Shown one piece after another: positions 34,983 through 37,629 of a DNA stretch of 37,629 bases. The notes beneath the pieces are model-generated. The model made no database searches. It was not told the origin of the DNA and saw only the letters and a program-made list of their open reading frames with translations. Positions within the stretch are counted from its first letter, which is position 1, and each line of letters opens with the position of its first letter. Position numbers and translations under genes: made by a program. Source of the DNA: Anaerolineae bacterium (lineage in GTDB: Bacteria > Chloroflexota > Anaerolineae > Anaerolineales > E44-bin32); assembly GCA_030598885.1 (NCBI GenBank), contig JAUVOZ010000002.1, forward strand, positions 1-37,629, written 5' to 3'.

Positions 34983-37415
34983 ATGGAGTATTGGGGTAAT
35001 TGGCCTCACCTGCCGGCAGAATGGGGCCGCGCGGTGAGCCGTCGAGCAGATGAGCTTTATAACATCAACCAAGCCACCTTGAACGAGGATGGTCTTATCG
35101 AGTGCGCGGTGCTCCCCTTGCGAGATGTGGTGCTCTATCCGAACATGATCACCCCGCTCTTTGTCAGCCATGAGCCAACGCTGAGAGCTATCGAGCATGC
35201 TGCCCTGACTAATGAAACCATGATCGCCATCGCTCAGCTTGACCATGAGGTTGAAGATCCAATCCCAAGCGATCTGCATGTCGTAGGCACTGAGATCGCC
35301 GTCGGTCGATTGATGCATATTCCTGATGGATCGACTTCAGTCCTCACCCAGGGTCGTCGCCGGGTTGAGGTGGTCGAATTCGTTCAAACCGAACCATATA
35401 TGCGCGTTCGAGGACGACCGATTGACGAGGATGTTGAGCGTACTAAGGAAACTCTAGCCCTGATGAGGGTTGTGCTGACTCTGTTTGAAAAATGTGTCCA
35501 ACTCAACCGCAGCCTGCCTGAGGAAGCCTATATCTACGCAGTCAATATCGAGGACCCTGCTTGGCTTGCTGATTTGATAGCTTCAGCCATTAGCCTGACT
35601 ATTTCTGAACGTCAGGCAATGTTGGAGACCTTCGATCCAATTGAACGTTTGCAGCGGACAAGCGTACTGCTTGGCCGGGAATTGGCCGTCCTGGAATTAG
35701 AAGATCAGATCCACAACCAGGTGCAAAGCGAGGTCGATAAGTCGCAACGAGAGTTGTATCTGCGTGAGCGGATGAAAGCGATCCAAACCGAGCTGGGGGA
35801 GACGGATCTGTGGACACAAGAGATTAATGAGCTACGCGAACGGGTCCAGCATCTAGAACTTCCTGAGGAAGTAGAACTTAGGGCTTTGAAGGAGATCCAA
35901 CGGCTCACTCAAATGCCTCCAGTATCCCCCGAGGTCAGTGTTATCCGGACTTATCTAGATTGGCTGATGGGTTTGCCTTGGTCTACCGCCACTCAGGATA
36001 ATCTCGATATCCAGCATGTGGCTGAGGTCCTAGACAGTAAGCATTACGGATTAAAAAAGGCCAAAGAACGAATATTGGAATATATTGCCGTTAAAAGCCT
36101 TGCCCCAAGGGAGCTGCGCCAACCGATTTTATGTTTTGTTGGACCACCAGGTACAGGTAAGACGTCGCTAGGTCAATCGATCGCCGAGGCGCTTGGCCGA
36201 GAGTTCATTCGCATTTCCCTCGGAGGGATCCGAGATGAAGCGGAGATTCGTGGACACAGAAAGACTTACATCGGTGCCCTTCCTGGACGAATTTTGCAAA
36301 CAATGCGCCGATCGGGTACTGTCAATCCTTTGTTTATGTTGGACGAAATCGACAAGCTTGGACATGATTTTCGAGGGGATCCCGCCTCATCGCTGCTCGA
36401 AGTGTTGGATCCTGAACAAAATCATTCATTTTCCGACCATTACCTGGAACTTCCCTATGATCTTTCCAAGGTGATATTTATTACGACTGCCAATACCCTT
36501 GAAACTGTTCCACCAGCACTAGCCGATCGCTTGGAGGTAATTAAGTTTACCGGCTACATCGAAGAGGAGAAGCTGTTCATCGCCCAGAAGTTCTTAGTGC
36601 AGCGCCAATTGGAGCAGAATGGTTTATTTATAAAAGAACTGACCTTCACCGAAGGAGCTATACAGAGCATCATCCGGGAGTACACTTGGGAAGCTGGAGT
36701 ACGGAATCTTGAGCGTGAAATTGGAAAAGTCTGCCGTAAAGTGGCTCGGCGTAAGGCTGAAGGGAAAAAGATGCCCCGGCGGATCACACCAGGTAGTATT
36801 AATAGATTGCTTGGACCACCTCAAATCATTCCTCACGAGGCCGAAACTGAGGACCAAATTGGGGCCGCTACAGGTTTGGCTTGGACGGAGAACGGGGGCG
36901 ATTCGCTGATCGTAGAGGCTCTTTTGGTCGAAGGTAAAGGTAACCTTCAGATCACAGGGCAAATCGGCGATGTAATGCAAGAGTCAGCCCAAGCAGCATT
37001 GACTTATATCAAATCACGCGCTGAGGACTTAGGAATCGCCCCTAGAATATTCGCAACGATCGACATTCACATACATATCCCTGAGGGGTCGATCCCAAAG
37101 GATGGCCCCAGCGCTGGAATTACGATCGCAACCGCGCTGGCCTCCGCTCTCACCGAACGACCCGTACGGCGAGACGTGGGGATGAGCGGTGAGATTACTC
37201 TGCGAGGGCGAGTGCTTCCCATTGGTGGTGTGCGCGAGAAAGTGCTCGCAGCTTATCGGTTAAAGATCAAAGACGTGCTCATCCCGGCCAAGAATGAGAA
37301 GGATATGGTAGAGCTCCCTCGTCAAGCACGGACCACTATGAATATCCACTTAGTCCAGCATATGGACGAGGTGCTCGAAATGGCCTTGCTTCCCCAATCC
37401 GAGCTGGTGCCTTAG
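34983..37415 (+). CDS. lon: ATP-dependent Lon protease (LonA type)
   Basis: LON N-domain [21 protein letters not shown]+ Walker [19 protein letters not shown] and Walker B FMLDEIDK. Protease Ser-Lys dyad context [19 protein letters not shown] and [15 protein letters not shown] lies 7 nt upstream of the ATG. Confidence 0.95.
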   Translation: MEYWGNWPHLPAEWGRAVSRRADELYNINQATLNEDGLIECAVLPLRDVVLYPNMITPLFVSHEPTLRAIEHAALTNETMIAIAQLDHEVEDPIPSDLHVVGTEIAVGRLMHIPDGSTSVLTQGRRRVEVVEFVQTEPYMRVRGRPIDEDVERTKETLALMRVVLTLFEKCVQLNRSLPEEAYIYAVNIEDPAWLADLIASAISLTISERQAMLETFDPIERLQRTSVLLGRELAVLELEDQIHNQVQSEVDKSQRELYLRERMKAIQTELGETDLWTQEINELRERVQHLELPEEVELRALKEIQRLTQMPPVSPEVSVIRTYLDWLMGLPWSTATQDNLDIQHVAEVLDSKHYGLKKAKERILEYIAVKSLAPRELRQPILCFVGPPGTGKTSLGQSIAEALGREFIRISLGGIRDEAEIRGHRKTYIGALPGRILQTMRRSGTVNPLFMLDEIDKLGHDFRGDPASSLLEVLDPEQNHSFSDHYLELPYDLSKVIFITTANTLETVPPALADRLEVIKFTGYIEEEKLFIAQKFLVQRQLEQNGLFIKELTFTEGAIQSIIREYTWEAGVRNLEREIGKVCRKVARRKAEGKKMPRRITPGSINRLLGPPQIIPHEAETEDQIGAATGLAWTENGGDSLIVEALLVEGKGNLQITGQIGDVMQESAQAALTYIKSRAEDLGIAPRIFATIDIHIHIPEGSIPKDGPSAGITIATALASALTERPVRRDVGMSGEITLRGRVLPIGGVREKVLAAYRLKIKDVLIPAKNEKDMVELPRQARTTMNIHLVQHMDEVLEMALLPQSELVP

Positions 37416-37531
37416 GATGCTGCCGTCGAACAAGTCTCATCTAGTCAGGATGTATCTGCAAGGTCGGGATGAGCCGCGATTAGATCGATCATGTTCGGTC
37501 AAACCATAACCAGGGTTAGAGTTATCGATTG

Positions 37532-37629
37532 ATGAAATACTGCAGCTATCGACACAATAGAATCCGAATCATGTTTGGTCTGTTAACGTTGATCATTGTG
37601 CTCACGGCTTGTACCCGAACTTGGATCCC
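37532..37629 (+). CDS. Start of a putative lipoprotein (runs off the right edge)
   Basis: Hand translation MKYCSYRHNRIRIMFGLLTLIIVLTACTRTWI: basic n-region, hydrophobic core and lipobox-like LTAC. An in-frame alternative ATG lies at 37571. Only ~32 codons are visible. Confidence 0.35.
   Translation, partial: MKYCSYRHNRIRIMFGLLTLIIVLTACTRTWI

Noticed and set aside
34800-35318. 172-aa minus-strand ORF bridging the folC end and the lon start
   Set aside because: It is antisense to two genes with strong family motifs and has no motif of its own.

Overview
The window reads as one contiguous bacterial chromosomal segment of moderate GC (judged by eye). I recognised no rRNA, tRNA, CRISPR array, transposase or integrase. 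All family calls come from motifs I could read in the translations; no searches were run.

Gene content, left to right:
- A 5'-truncated membrane pyrophosphatase gene (hppA, minus strand, missing from the ORF track).
- A 934-bp intergenic region, then the primary sigma factor rpoD.
- An uninterrupted run of nine large polytopic membrane proteins (3610-18362). All carry the acidic first-loop motif typical of GT-C-fold glycosyltransferases (ArnT/PMT-like, DUF2079-like, GT87/DUF2029-like and unclassified).
- A NarL/LuxR response regulator and a soluble DegS-like histidine kinase.
- A compact Tad/Flp pilus locus: an unlisted 48-aa Flp pilin, cpaB, REC-cpaE/tadZ, cpaF/tadA, tadB and tadC, followed 21 bp later by comF.
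- Long-form hpf, an unassigned 381-aa protein, and a convergent stand-alone HNH protein.
- A phnD-phnC-phnE ABC transporter (minus strand) whose permease has a ~300-aa N-terminal extension.
- folC, lon, and the start of a putative lipoprotein.

The pilus locus has no secretin, the pilin is a very short Flp type, and hpf is the long form. Together these suggest a monoderm, possibly Chloroflexota-like organism, but that is a guess.

The best candidate for an undescribed system is the nine-gene GT-C-only array. It has no cytoplasmic glycosyltransferase, lipid-sugar synthase, flippase or sugar-nucleotide genes, and it sits next to a two-component system and a Flp pilus/comF locus.
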